A stretch of DNA of 61,939 bases, the filler included, from Jimgerdemannia flammicorona (Eukaryota), in the NCBI GenBank assembly GCA_003990765.1. It is 2 parts of 2 records of this genome, joined end to end, with 100 filler letters (N's around TTAATTAATTAA, not from the genome) between each part and the next. Parts side by side here need not be neighbours in the genome. Positions count along the whole stretch, not along the records: positions 1 to 30,938 come from RBNJ01000418.1; positions 31,039 to 61,939 come from RBNJ01000419.1. One strand, written 5' to 3'. The notes beneath the pieces are model-generated. The model saw only the letters and a program-made list of their open reading frames with translations. It did no database searches and was not told the DNA's origin. The translations under genes and the position numbers were made by a program. Positions 22,415 through 35,539 of this stretch are shown piece after piece. Within the stretch, counting starts at the first letter, position 1, and each line of letters begins with the position of its first letter.

Positions 22415-24487
22415 TGTAAGCGCATAACCTCCAAGCCATCGAAATTACACATTACCCTCTGAACAAGCCACTGAAATCACATATGACCTCTGAACAAATC
22501 TGGAAATCACCTGCTTGATCACGAAGCTGAGTCAAACTGAAGTTATAGTGCACAAAGCTGAGTCAATACGAAGTCACAGAATACAAGATTCACACAAACA
22601 GAATCTTACCAATCAGGACCAAATATATATATACTGAGCACTGAGATGCATCAAATCAGAGAACCAAAACAAACAATAACCACAACTCCCAAACACATAA
22701 ACATGACCACCGAGATCTATATCTGTATCTGCACTGACATTTGGAATGCTATTGTCAACCGAGCTACACCCCCTCTACCCCTCATAAATATCCATAGCCT
22801 AGTACCCCTCTACTTCGTGGAAGCCTGATGGAATACTCTGAACATGCTTAGCGAGGCCCACTGAATCGGACAAATCTCAAGCTACTACCAGATTGGCTGC
22901 CTCCTGGAAGACATAATTGAATACCACCATGATATAGACATTATCCAGATGTCTCAACACCAGAAGCTCATCACCTGCAAACATTGAGAACTTTTCTACA
23001 AGTATAGCACCATTATTCCCCACCTCCAAGTTACCATAGCCAAAATGATTGCTACCCTATCTTATAGTCAAATTGATGATATGATACAAGAACTCAACCA
23101 CAAGTACCTCGAGTACATCGAAACCACAGACAGAACCTTCCCACACCCCAATGATCATATCCTGCAAATGCCCCAAGTTGGATATGCCATAAAGGACATC
23201 TATGATATAATCCACTTCGATGAAGACAAAGTAGAAGATAATGATCTCTCTGACACTGACATGATCTCTAGCCAAGGATCTCTGCTAACTCTAATCACAC
23301 TGCCAACCTTGCCGATGAACTTACAATAATTTATAACAGCTTATGAGACTTATTGGAATAATGACCACTGGTATGAATACTAACCTACATTCACCCCTGA
23401 TTACTTCAACTACAATGAAGAGACTGGAGAACACAACCTGTACCTCCAGACAACCCTCGAGATTGAACCAACCACTCCACCACCTAAGTATGAGTGACAT
23501 GAACTATAGCCACCAGCTTACTACAACCCTGCAACTCATAGTGCTGTAATCTATAGAAGGTATGCAGATAGCGAAACCAATGAAAGCGAAGATGATACAC
23601 TCCTCCTTCACCCACCAACACCTTATCCAGTATATGAGACTGATGATGCCATCTTGTGGGATAGAGACGAAGTTCCAATATATTATTATCTCAGCAAACA
23701 AGGAGAAGTAATCTGCGAACCACTCTTCCTAGACAACTACATCATCAGAGATGATGTAATCAATAGTGATGTCATCAAGGACTATCCAGATAGTGCCTAA
23801 ACCTATAAATAGTCTAGCAGTCATAGTATAGTTAGATTAGCCTTGTAAGACGTGACTGTGAACTGACTCAGCAGTCAGACAATCTCTTGACATATCAGAT
23901 CACACTTGTACTATGTAACTGCATTCCGACTCAGCAAGGCACTTAGTGCTATATCCATATCTAGCATAGTCCAGATAGCCTCTTACTAGTATAAATACCC
24001 CCTCCCCCAGACCTCAGAATCTCAGACTTGAATACTTGAACAATCTGAACACAACTCCTGAGCACTTTCCCACAATATCCCTTTACACAACTACTCCTAG
24101 TATAGCAATATCATGAATAGCCAATAAGTCTATTTAATAACCCACAAACCACTCTTAAGTAAATCTGCTCCCTGTTAGATCCTACTCCTAACTCTGTCAC
24201 GAAATTTCCTAATTGGGTATTGTCTGTAGCAATACACCAATTCAACTAAGCTGGTCTTAGTTTCTTAAATCTCCTGAAATACAGAAAATCCTGAACATTC
24301 AGAACTAATCCGAAAAAGGACTTTGGTTGAGATGTCAACTCTATCTTGAAAGCAATAAGTGTAGAGGATATACTCCATATGAAATTGATCTTGACCATAA
24401 GAAAACAGTCTTTCAGAACATCCAGAACTTCTAGAAAAACCCTTCCAGAACTACGTAACAGTTACCCTAAAAAGCAACCCTCTTACA
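22415..24487 (+). repeat. 5' LTR of Gypsy A (2073 bp)
   Basis: TGTAAG...CTTACA ends. Both ends are confirmed by the second copy (56538-58054, minus strand). Followed by the PBS; TATA box near 23990. Confidence 0.88.
22703..23800 (+). pseudogene. Accessory ORF inside the U3 region of the Gypsy A LTR (~365 codons, one frameshift near 23280)
   Basis: TATATATA at ~22624, then AAACATG at 22703. ORFs 22646..22828 and 23045..23329 share a frame and are joined by three TGA (ex-CGA) stops. After the frameshift comes an acidic Tyr/Pro-rich tail with PPPKY and PPAY, ending at TAA 23798-23800. Confidence 0.7.
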
Positions 24488-24490
24488 ACT

Positions 24491-24502
24491 TGGTAGCAGC
24501 AG
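24491..24502 (+). promoter_or_regulatory. Primer-binding site, initiator tRNA-Met type
   Basis: TGGTAGCAGC 3 nt after the LTR end; the same PBS type occurs at 46258. Confidence 0.75.
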
Positions 24503-26434
24503 TTTACAATCCAATTCTGCTTCAAGATGCTTCCTCACCCTGCTACAAACCCTTCTGAGAATTCCTACAAGTTGGTATAAAGCTCAACCTCTGAACTGGA
24601 ATTTATCCTGAACTATCTGACAATCTGGAGAGAATTGAACCTGACGTATAAGGACAATTTGACCTCCACACCTACAACAAGTGGGACAAACTTCATTCAA
24701 AAAAAGAAGTACTCTGATTAAATCAGCAAATAGGTGAAACCCTATTCACCAAACTCCTTGCACTACACTCAGCAAGTCAAGATGAAGAAGGTCTTATTGA
24801 AGCCTTCTTTACTCTTCTCAATAAGAGTTTTGTCAGCTCCACAAATCTGAGCAACCTAAGCAGTCTTTCTAGCCTTAGTCTCTCACAAAGTCCAAGCCTC
24901 TATAGCAAAGTGGCTCAACTCTACTGACTTCACTGCACCAGGACCAAGACCACATTATACTACCAATTCCAAAACAGCAAGGCCTGCCATATCCTTAAAG
25001 AAGAAGCAAGAGAAACCCTTCATCAACTACCTGACCCCAAACCTGAAGCAGGCCCTGCTATGGCCCTATCTGAATCTGAAACCAATACTGAACCTGAACT
25101 TGACTTTGAATTAAGTCTATCTAAAATCAGATATACAACTAATTCCATCTACTTTGACACCAAGCAAACCCAATTACATGAGGACCAAACCAAAGAAGAG
25201 GAGGAGTATCTCAGTAAATTCAATCCTAGATACACTACTGAAGGAGAAGCACCTCCATCAGGACAGAATACACCTATACAGCAACAAACAGCTATCTATC
25301 AAGCCCTCACTCCAGACTCACAACTACTACTCCAGCAACTTACACAGACCCAAAAAACCCCATCACACTCTACACCAGTACCTCAAGTAGTACCAGTAAC
25401 ACCACTACCAGCAGTCTAACTGCCTTCAGTAAACAATATGGCAAACCAACAGATTCTAGACCTCACAGCCCAGGTAGCCATAATGGCAGCAACCATTACT
25501 GCCTTAGCTGAACAGACCCAATCTATCAAAAGTCTGAGCCTACCTACCTTCAATGGTACTATATAAGAAGTCCAAAGCTTCATTAGTATAGTTGATACCA
25601 ACTTTGAAGCCAATCAATGGACCAATGAGTGAGTTGCTGACTGTGTTTTGATAAACAATCAAGACCATACTCTGGAACAACTCTTTGCTACCACTACAGC
25701 CTATGTCCACCAAGTTGTTACATTCTTCTGAGGACCTGCCGAAGAATGGTGGCAAACCCTTCCTGAAAAACCCCTCACATGGGATACCCGACCTGCAGTA
25801 GTTGCTCAGAATACAGCAAATAATGCCCCAGGATATGGAGCCCATCCTGCAGCCCCTGGACTCAAATAACTCATAATTGCTCAATACTACAGTGAAACCA
25901 TGATTGCTGAATCTTGAGTAAAACTCTGTAACCTCAAATTTGATGTACATGGCAAAGAAGAATTTGAAACCTTCTGTACAAAACTCAAGTCACTCCTGAA
26001 CACTGTGGGCCTAGGATTCATTGCCAATGATGAAGTATGAAATGGTATAAGAGCAGACCATTTATTCGATGCACTGCCTGAATGGCTTACTAGAAAAATC
26101 CAAGAACAAGGCTACCCAGTTGGTTGTGATCACCAACAATGATGTCTGGCAAGAATCAAGACTATGGTCAAGCAAATCCTAACAGCTGGACCAATTCTGC
26201 CCCAAAGACAATTCAACAATAAGGAAAAGACTTGGACTAAGAAAGAAGAACCCAAGCATGAAGTATTCCGAGCTCCCTCCACATCCACCTCTTAGACACC
26301 TAGAAATCATGAACCTACCCAGCCAAGCATCTTAAAAAAACTCACTGAAGGCGAAAGGAATGAACTTCAAAGAAGTGGAGTATGCTTCTATTACCACTCT
26401 GCACCACCTCAACAACCTGACCACCAGAATACTA

Positions 26435-26841
26435 GACTTTGTCAAATTGAGACAAACTGCTAAGGCCCCAACTAAAGAAAGTCAAAAAGCAGCTGAATAT
26501 GACCTATATGTAGCTGAAGAAGCTACAGTTTCCAACCAAGAAGTCAAACAAGTCTACATAGGAATCAGCATCCAAATCCCTAAAGGATATGTTGGAAGAA
26601 TATGCTGTTGCAGCAGCCTAGCATTGAAAGGACTCTCAGTAGAAGGAGGAGTTATCAACGAAGATTATACAGGTGAAATCATTGTCCTCATTTGAAACCA
26701 CAGTTGGACACCCTTCAAGATCCCTATAGGTTTCTGTATTGCTCAGATTCTATTCGAAAAAATCAAGTCAACCCTGACAGTCAAGGAAGTCTCTAAACTA
26801 CTGCCCACCATCCGAGGATCCAAAGGATTTGGCTCATCAAA
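26435..26841 (+). pseudogene. dut: dUTPase domain of Gypsy A, between nucleocapsid and protease
   Basis: All five trimeric dUTPase motifs in order: AAEYDLY, GRICCCSSLA (ex-RSGLA), GGVINEDYTGEI, IAQIL, RGSKGFGSS. Confidence 0.9.
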
Positions 26842-29800
26842 CAAGGCCCCAGCCCAACCTACCAGGAGTAAAGAAGAACAATTCTATAAGAAGATTGAAG
26901 ACAGATATATACCAAGTGGCCAATGCCCTCATGGCATTGGAATGTACTCTTCCTGAATAATTGATGATTGCTTCTCTTGTGTCAATGAACTGGCTCAAAG
27001 AAGAACCAACAGAAGGAAAGGTCCTACAACTGAAATCACTACCATTGGATCAGACAAACTACTTACACTTAAAGCCTTTGTCAACCAAGCACCTGTCAAG
27101 ATTATGATAGACAGTAGTACCTCAGACAACTTCATCAATGAAGAGACAGCCAACAGACTCAAGGTCTTCACCTCTCCAGTATAGCAAACTCAAGCAGTTG
27201 CTACAGTTGATGGAACCTCACATATTATTAGTAAAGAAGTCCACAATCTACTCTTCCAAATTGGTGACTACTGAGTACATGTTACCCTCAAATCATACCA
27301 CTTCCTGACAATAAAATTATCCTTGGGACTCTATGGTTAAAATAAGAGAACCCCATGATCGATTGGGTAAACCATTCTCTGACCATCAAGAAAGGATGCC
27401 ACAACTTCAAACTACAAGATGAAAAGGACCCACTTAATTCTAGTGACCCTGGACTAAAGATCACCCACATCAACAAGATACAACTTAAGAAATTGGCCAA
27501 GAAATGCCCTCTCTTCGCCATCTCCATCCATCTATCCAAAGGAGAACCCAAGAACTCTGAAGAAGATTTTTCCAAAGTTGACAGCCATGTCAGACCACTA
27601 CTCCAGAAATTTTGAGATATATTCCCAAAGAAGCTCCTGAAAGGCCTACCTCCTAAATGAGTGGTAGACTATGCCATCAAGACTATCTCAGATGCCAAAC
27701 CAATCTTCAAGTCAATCTACCACATATCTCCAAGAGAAATCAATGTACTCAAGAAAGAAATTGACAAACTCCTAGAATAAGGATTCATCAGACCCAGCAT
27801 ATCACCTTATGGTGCATCAGTCCTATTTGTTGTTAAGAAAGGAGGAGACCTGCGAATGTGCATTGACTACCGTGATCTCAATGAACAGACCATCAAGAAC
27901 TGTTGCCCACTACCGAGGATCAATGAAATATTTGATAGACTTACCAACTTGCAATTCATGAGCTCCTTTGATCTGCAAAATGGTTATTAGCAAATTTGCT
28001 ATGAAAGAAGAAGACATCTATAAGACAGCTTTCCAAACTCACTATGGACACTTTGAGTTCCTGGTTATGCCCTTTGGCTTAACTAATGCTCTAGCAACCT
28101 TCCAGACACTGATGAATATCATTCTACATCCATATCTAGACAAATTCATTATTGTCTATATTGATGACATTCTAGTCTTCAGCAAAACCCTGGAGGAATA
28201 TCTCAAACACCTTGAACTAGTACTACTGAAACTCCAAGAAAACTGACTCTTTGCAAAACTCAGCAAGTGCAAATTTCTCCTGAAAGAAATTCAATTTCTT
28301 GGACACATTGTCACTCCAAATAGAATTAAAGTAGACCCCAGCAAAATCTCTGCAATCAAAGATTGGCCCAGACCCAAGAAGCTGAAAGACCTCCAGTTAT
28401 TCCTGGAATTAGCAAACTATTACAGGCAATTTGTTGCCAACTTTGCTAAAATCGCTACTACTCTCACCCAAATGACCAAGTATAGCAAGAAAGAAGAACA
28501 GCCCTGGACCACAAAACAAGAGAAAGACTTCAACAATCTTGTAAATTGGAGACCTGAACAAGATACAGCCTTTCAAGCATTAAAAGATGCCCTGATAACC
28601 ACTTCAGTACTTCAAGTGGCAAACCCTGCCCTACCATATGAAGTTACTACTGATACCTCTGATCTAGCTCTTGGAGCAGTACTCATGCAAGAAGGACACC
28701 CTGTGGCCTATCACTCCCGCAAGTTCAATGATGCCGAAATTAACTATACAACCCATGAGAAGGAAATGCTAGCCATCATAGATACTCTGATCAAATGGTG
28801 ACCCTACCTAGAAGGAGCACACTTCACCATATTGACTGACCACAAATCATTAGTCAATATCAAGACACAGGCTACCCTTTCTCGAAAGCAAGCCAGATGG
28901 ATGAAAGTCCTTACCAACTTTGACTATGAAATCCAGTATCACTCTGGCAAGAAAAATATTATTGCCAATGCAATCTCCAGACCACTCATTGAAGAAGTTA
29001 TCCAAACTCTCACCTTAGTTACTAATACTATTATGGAGCAAATTATTACAGCATGTACCAATGATAAGGAAGCTCAAGCACTGTGAGAAATCCTGAATAG
29101 TAATGATGCCGACAAGCATACACAGTATCATCAATACCAACTGAAGGACAATGCTATCTACTATAAAGACAGACTGTATGTCCCAAACAACCAAGACCTC
29201 CAAAGGACTATCCTATTCAAATGTCATGATGTACCCACAGCTGAACATTTAGGATTCGACAAATGCTATGAAGTTATCTCCCAAAACTTCTATTGGCCCC
29301 GCATGGCAGACCAGCTCAAAACCTACATTACTTCCTGTAATGCCTGCTAATGAAACAAGTCCTCAACACTAGCAAAACCCGGCTTACTTCACCCTATCCC
29401 AGTACCATCTGTGAATTGGGAACAAATCTCTATAGACTTCATTGTACAACTACCCTAAACCAAGAACGGGAAAGATGCAATTGTTGTCTTTGTGGATTAC
29501 CTCAGCAAACAAGCCTACTTTGTGCCTACTATCACTACTGCAACAGCACCAGACATAGCCACACTCTTATTTGACAACATCTTCTGCTATCATAGTCTTC
29601 CTAAGATCATTGTTAGTGACTGAGATTCGAAATTCACCAGTCATTTTTGAAAAGCCCTCTATGCACACCTTGGAACAAAACTTGTACTATACACAGCCTT
29701 TCATCCAGAAACTGATGGCCAAACTGAAAGGATGAACCAAACTCTGGAACAAATGCTAAGGAACTATGTTTTCTACAGACAAGATGACTGACATGAACAC

Positions 29801-30759
29801 CTCACTACAGTCGAGTTTGTCTATAACAATAGCAAGCAAGTCTCTCTCAGAATGATCCCATTCTTCACCAATACTGAACAAAACCCAAACACCCCTTTGA
29901 CACTTATCCAATCCACTGAAGAACACTCCATAGTCGAAGCTGTTGAAGAATTCTTACTCCAAATATACAATCTAAGCCAGATTGCTATCGAGAATTTATC
30001 ACGAGCTCAAGAACAACAGTTACAGTATATTAACCAACACTACCAAGAAGAAACCTTTGATATTAGAGAAAAAGTTCTACTGGACATCAGAGGATACCGA
30101 GTTGACAACCTCAAGTACAGACCATCTACAAAGCTGAACAGTAAGTTCATTGGACTATTTGAAGTCATCACATAAGTCTCTCCAACCTCCTACAAATTAG
30201 CACTACCAGATACTATTAAGATTCACCCAGTCTTCAATGTCTAACATCTCAAGTGATATAATGAGAATGATGATGAACTATTCCCTAACCAAACCATGAA
30301 ACCACCTGCACCTATCATTATTAATGACCAAGAAGAGTACAAAGTTGAACAAATCCTCAATAAACATAGCCACAAGAACTACCCAGAGTACCTTGTCAAA
30401 TAGAAAGATTACCCAATCCATGATGCCACATGAGAACTCAAGACCAATCTCCAGAATACTACTGACCTAGTTCAGGAATATGATTCCTTGAACAACTAAA
30501 ACCAAATACTCTGCACCTATCTATACATATTATATATTATCCTCCTGAACACTATAATTATCAAAAAAATCAAGAACTCAGCAAAACAAGACAAGAATAC
30601 TGACTCTCTGGAAAAAATAGCAAAACTGAAAGCCAGTCTATTCTCCCCATACCACTGGTAGGAAATGAGGTATAGATATTTAAGAAGATTCCATAGAGAA
30701 AATTCTCCAGCAGTGAATGACATCAGAATCACTTCTGGTACACAGCATTGAACACATGA

Positions 30760-30761
<2 letters not shown>

Positions 30762-30820
<59 letters not shown>

Positions 30821-30938
30821 GGACTCATGTCCCGCGGATTTTTATTGGAAGGGAACCTAGACTATATAGGCCAAAACCCTCCCCCACCACCCACCAAGCA
30901 CTGACCCCCCATTAACCTAGTCTAGCTATTGTCCAGCA
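30762..30938 (-). mobile_element. 3' end and poly(A) tail of a LINE inserted into Gypsy A
   Basis: Poly-T at 30762-30817; on the minus strand it is preceded by AATAAA and G-rich sequence; runs into the gap. Confidence 0.65.
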
Positions 30939-31038
30939 NNNNNNNNNNNNNNNNNNNNNNNNNNNNNNNNNNNNNNNNNNNNTTAATTAATTAANNNNNN
31001 NNNNNNNNNNNNNNNNNNNNNNNNNNNNNNNNNNNNNN
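30939..31038. other. Artificial assembly spacer (N44-TTAATTAATTAA-N44)
   Basis: A 12-mer giving stops in all six frames sits at 30983-30994, centred in exactly 100 nt. Confidence 0.95.
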
Positions 31039-31064
31039 AAAAAAAAAAAAAAAAAAAAAAAAAA

Positions 31065-34000
31065 GGTACCTGGTAGGCCTCTCCCCCTCCTCAAGCCCCT
31101 GCCATGGCAGCCTGACAGCCAGACCCTGCATATGAGTCTCCTCCTCTTCCCTCAACACCTGTTGTTGTTCCACTATCTCCAATTTCGCCCTCTCTACCCT
31201 CCAATCCTCCACCCCAACAATAGTGAGCAAATCCACCCACTCCATTTGTAGTCTTCTCAGCCTGCTGGTAGCACACCTTGTGCGCCTCCTCCTCTGCCTC
31301 CCAGCCTCACTACCAGCCCCTCCCCAATAAACCCTCACAGCCTCTTTCAATCTCATCCAGAGGACAGTCACAGGCAGACCATTGCCCCACCAGATCAAAA
31401 CTTTTGCTTGAATGTCCTCCACCCACAATTTCCACAACCCCTTCTCAGCCAGCAGGGAGGAGTTAAGGCGCCAATGTCCAGGTCCATCTCCACTCCCCCC
31501 AAACTGCCCCTGCCCCAACAGTCCCCAGTGATCAGACCATGGGCACCACTCCACTCCCAATGTCTTCCAAACATCCGAACCCCAGCACTCTGCTGTCAGA
31601 ATCCAGTCAATCCTCATGCCCAAGCCATTCACCCAATGTGTGTAGACCCTGTCATCACCCCACCTTATTCTGCCCATATCTCTCAAGGAACTCAATGTCT
31701 CCACCTCCTCCCAAACATCCAGACCTCCACTTCTACCCCTGACATTCCTCCCTCCATCAGTTCTATCCAGACACTGATCCCGAACCATATTGAAGTCCCC
31801 ACCAAGAACATCGACCCCTTCCTCCAAGAGAATACCCTCCTCCAGCAGCCCCCTAATCCACACAGTCCTCTCACCCCTAACGGCAGGGCAGTAGCAAGAG
31901 CCCACCTTCACCGATTCCCACCCTGGTCGATGCCAATCTCTCCAGACCAAGCAATTGCCCCAGCTCCTGATACCCCCCAAGTCTCCTCTGCCCTTCCTCA
32001 CCAGAATCGCTACTTTTCCAAACCAAGCAGCAGCCCCACCCCATTCTCTAGTCCACTCTACCTGCTTGTCCTCATCCTCACACTGAACATCCTATAGTAA
32101 AAAGAGATCAGCCTCCAATCCCTTGAGCCAAGTAAAAATGTTCTTATGGCGCCCAGAGCCCCTTAACCCATTCACATTCAAGGAGAAAATGTTGGTTGTA
32201 CTGTTCATTAAGAATACTGATATATCGTGGTCCCATTCTCTACAAGTCCACATTCTGCTCCTCCTGCACTAAGTCCAAGTCATGTTCAGCAGCTAGTTCC
32301 CTCTCCCCAGCTTCCCATGCTGCCAACTCTCCAAGAAGTTCTACCATTGCCCCATCTTCATGCTCCTCAAAGTCCTCTCGATACTCCAGACAGGCCTCCT
32401 GCCAGAGCCTCAGACCATGACGTTCTGCCCAACAGTACATCGCCCATTCAACAGCAACCACCCCCAACTCTGTCTTCCTAACCTCATCAACCTCATAACC
32501 CTTCTCCTCCAGGAAAATTGCCAGAATTTCCAACTTCAGTGCCTCCAACATTCCATCACTGCGCAGAATATGTGCCCAATGCTCCTCAGGCATTGCCCAC
32601 AGGTTCACTTCCCCCAAAGCCTCTGCTGCAAGATTATCCATCACCTTGCACATCCACAACAAGTTTCCCACCTCTTTCCCTCCTGGAGTCCCCAGCCACC
32701 CTGCATCCAACATCATGGTATCCGCTCCTATACTGGCAGCCTCATCCCACTCCTCCTCAGAGACATCCACCAGCTCCTCCTCACCAACTGCCACCACCTG
32801 ACCCCCTTGCGCCACATCAGGAACCCCAAAGTGCACCTGCTGGGCCCCCTGCATCCATGTATCCTCCATCATCCCTCTCTTCCCCACCGGGCCCCTCCTG
32901 ATAAGTGGGGGGGGGGTGGCATCCAACTCCAGCTCCCACACTTTGAAGGTTCCATCAGCAAATGGGTCCTTGTCCAGCATCTTCCCAGCCTCTGCCTCCT
33001 TCACCTCTCCCTCCTCTCCTCCTTTATCTGCCCAGACACTGGCCTTTATGCCTCCAGACTCCCCAGCTCCAACTGACTTCTTCTCCACCCCTCCTGTCAT
33101 ACTGGCCAATAGCTCCCTCTGCCTCTGGCATCCCTGGGCCCACTCCCACTGCTTCCTGTACATATGGATACGCTTTCCACCCACAACCTCCAGATGTGTC
33201 AACTCCTCATATAGTTTCCATGCCTTCACCCTCCTCTCCACAGCACCACCCAACTCCTCCAGTGCCTCTAACAAGTCCTCCTCCTCCTCTTCACTCCCTT
33301 TCACCTTCAACACCTTGCAGATAACAGCCCCCCACATCAGCACGAAGGCCAGTCACTCATCTTCCCTGTGGCCTCCTTGCCCACTAGCCGAATCCTGACA
33401 TCGACATCACCTGTCCTGATAGTGGTCCTCTCCCACACCTGAAAGCCTATGTCCACCACATCACCATACTCTACCATCACCTCCTCCACTCTCTTCCTAG
33501 TCTCCTCCTTAGTCACTGTGGGCATCCCCCTCACTAGAAGCTGCACCACTCTGGGGTCCCACCTCAAGCACCACACCATGGGTACCACCATCTCTCCAAC
33601 CATAACTCCAGCCTTCAGGGCCTCATCCAGTGGGCCCACTTCCTCAAAACCCACCTCAACCCCCTCCAAGCCCTTCAAGAACTTCACCAAGGCCGCCCCC
33701 ACCACCTGCTTCGAAATCAGCCCCAGAACCATCCTCGCCATCACCGCCAAGCCCCGGAAGCACAAGGTGACCACAAACTCTGAAATCAACTTCTTGAGCA
33801 ATGGGGCCACCGCCAGCCCCATTACACCATCTGCCAGGTCCCTCTTCTGCATTGGGAACCCCTGCCCCCCCTGGCCATCAGCCATCACATCTCTTTTTTT
33901 CGCCTGATTCACCATCACGCCACCATCAGCAGTCCTGCCACTACCCCCAGCAGCAGCTCCACTTCCACCACCTCTCCCTGGCGAAGGCCCAGCTCCCATG

Positions 34001-34340
34001 GCAGCACCATCCTTCTGCTTCCCCTTCCCTCCTGCCTGACTACCGCAGGATCCTGCTGGCCAACCCCCAGTCCTCAGTATGTCCACAAAGCTCCTACCCT
34101 GCAGCCTTCCAGCCCCCCCACCAGTGCCACTTCCACTCCCCAAGCTGTCCTGCCCACCTGAGCCACCAAAGACCCCATCCCCAGTCCATACCCTCTCCTG
34201 ACATGCTGCCAGTTGAAGGCCCCAGGTATGCCTGACCTAGTACGCATATCGGCTTGCTTGCTGGTTGACATTTTCTTAATAGCTTTCTCCAATAAACGAC
34301 TTGAAAGTTTGTTGTAAAGTGTGTGTAATGTAAATTGTAG
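31065..34340 (-). mobile_element. L1/Tx1-like LINE, 5' half (5'UTR, ORF1, APE endonuclease of ORF2)
   Basis: ORF1 (33337..34143 and 32240..33343; RSFVDIL, EVGF). ORF2 begins NVNGLRG...ADLFLL and contains GSCYCP, LGGDFN, YTHW, RIDWIL, PWSDH, GPGHWRLNSSLL, EGERPTRY. The 5' end matches 50594 onward. Broken by a plus-strand poly(A) at 31039-31064. Confidence 0.92.
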
Positions 34341-35539
34341 TGCATGGGTTCCTTCTTTTGAAACTATGAATCCAAGGAATTCAAGTTTCTGCTTCCCAAA
34401 GTAGCATTTCTTTGCATTCAATCTCAGGTGGTTTTTGCAGGTGAGCTTGAAGAATTCCTTTAGGTAGTGCAGTTGTTCTTCGAAATTTGCTAAATAGATA
34501 TTGGAATCGTCCATGTATACAATCAGACAGTGGTGGATCAAGGGGGCATAGACAGAATTCATCATCCTCTGAAAGGTGGGGGGTGAATTGCAGAGTCCAA
34601 AGGGCATTCAGAGGTATTCAAACAGTTTTCCTAAGGCAAGGAAGGCTGTTTTTTGAATATCTTTGGGGCCCATGGAGATCTTGTGGAACCCTGCAAAAAG
34701 GTCCATACTGCTGAAGTATCTGGCATCCTATAACTGATCCAAAAGGTCATCGATTCTGGGCAAAGGATAGGCATCCTTTTCAGTGACTGAGTTAAGTTTT
34801 CTATAATCCACACAGAGTCTCCATCCTCCTTTCTTTGGTACAATAAGTATGGGGCTGGCCCAGGGGCTAGTAGAGGGTCAGATGACTCTATTGTCTAAGA
34901 GTTCTTGAATGTGCTCCTTTTCAAACATTTTCAGGTAATGGGGTATTCTATAAGGTTTCTGCCAGATGGGTTTTGCATTTTCTGTATTTATGCTGTGATG
35001 ATATGATGGGTTGTATAGTAGGTTGCCATAATCAGTAGTCAAGATATTTTGATATTTATTGAGAAGTTCTACTAGTTATTGCTGTTGCTGAGGTGTCAAT
35101 TCTTCTCCAATGTTGGTGGAAAGCTTCACTGTCTCCTGGGTCGCAGAGGGGCCTTTTCTTTCTTCTGGGACCTTTTGCCATTTCCCAATAGGTTTAGTTC
35201 ATAAACTTCCCTATGAGTTTAGTTGAGAAAAGGCACCAGATGTCCTATGATGGTTCCTTTCAGCAAGATGATGGTCTCCCAACTTTGGTTGGTTGCTTGG
35301 GAGTGTGCTGGGTTCATCTTGTCAGGGAATGTGTGTCCCTCTATGTCCAGGTGTGGGATATCTTCCTTGGGTTCAAAGAAAAGGTTTCTGGGGTCAGGTG
35401 GTGCAAAGATTTCGAAGGTGGTTTGTTCTCTGGGCTCCAGGATGAGATTCTTGTGCAGTCTGACTGGTTGCCAGTATACTTGCTGGGGAACATTCCTCTT
35501 GAGGGGGTTGACTTGAAGGAGATGCACCTCCTTCCTGTC

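Larger units (their letters stand above)
22415..30761 (+). mobile_element. Ty3/Gypsy chromovirus-type element family A: LTR-PBS-gag-dUTPase-PR-RT-RH-IN-chromo (pseudogenised; 3' LTR not seen)
   Basis: Gag LPTFNG...[112 protein letters not shown]; chromo EEYKVEQIL...YLVK; stop at 30497-30499. Confidence 0.95.

Noticed and set aside
26435..26841. Idea that TE dUTPases protect against the observed C-to-T mutagenesis
   Set aside because: dUTPase sanitises the nucleotide pool and cannot reverse deamination of C or 5mC in DNA; the dut genes themselves carry the same transitions.
30517..31064. Poly-Lys ORF 30517..30828, poly-Phe/X ORF end and the TTAATTAATTAA palindrome
   Set aside because: These derive from retroposon poly(A) tails and an artificial gap spacer. 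Contiguity across the gap is not guaranteed.
31278..34235. Long Pro/Ser/His-rich plus-strand ORFs (e.g. 31408..32097, 32360..33076)
   Set aside because: Antisense shadows of the G-rich LINE ORF1/ORF2.
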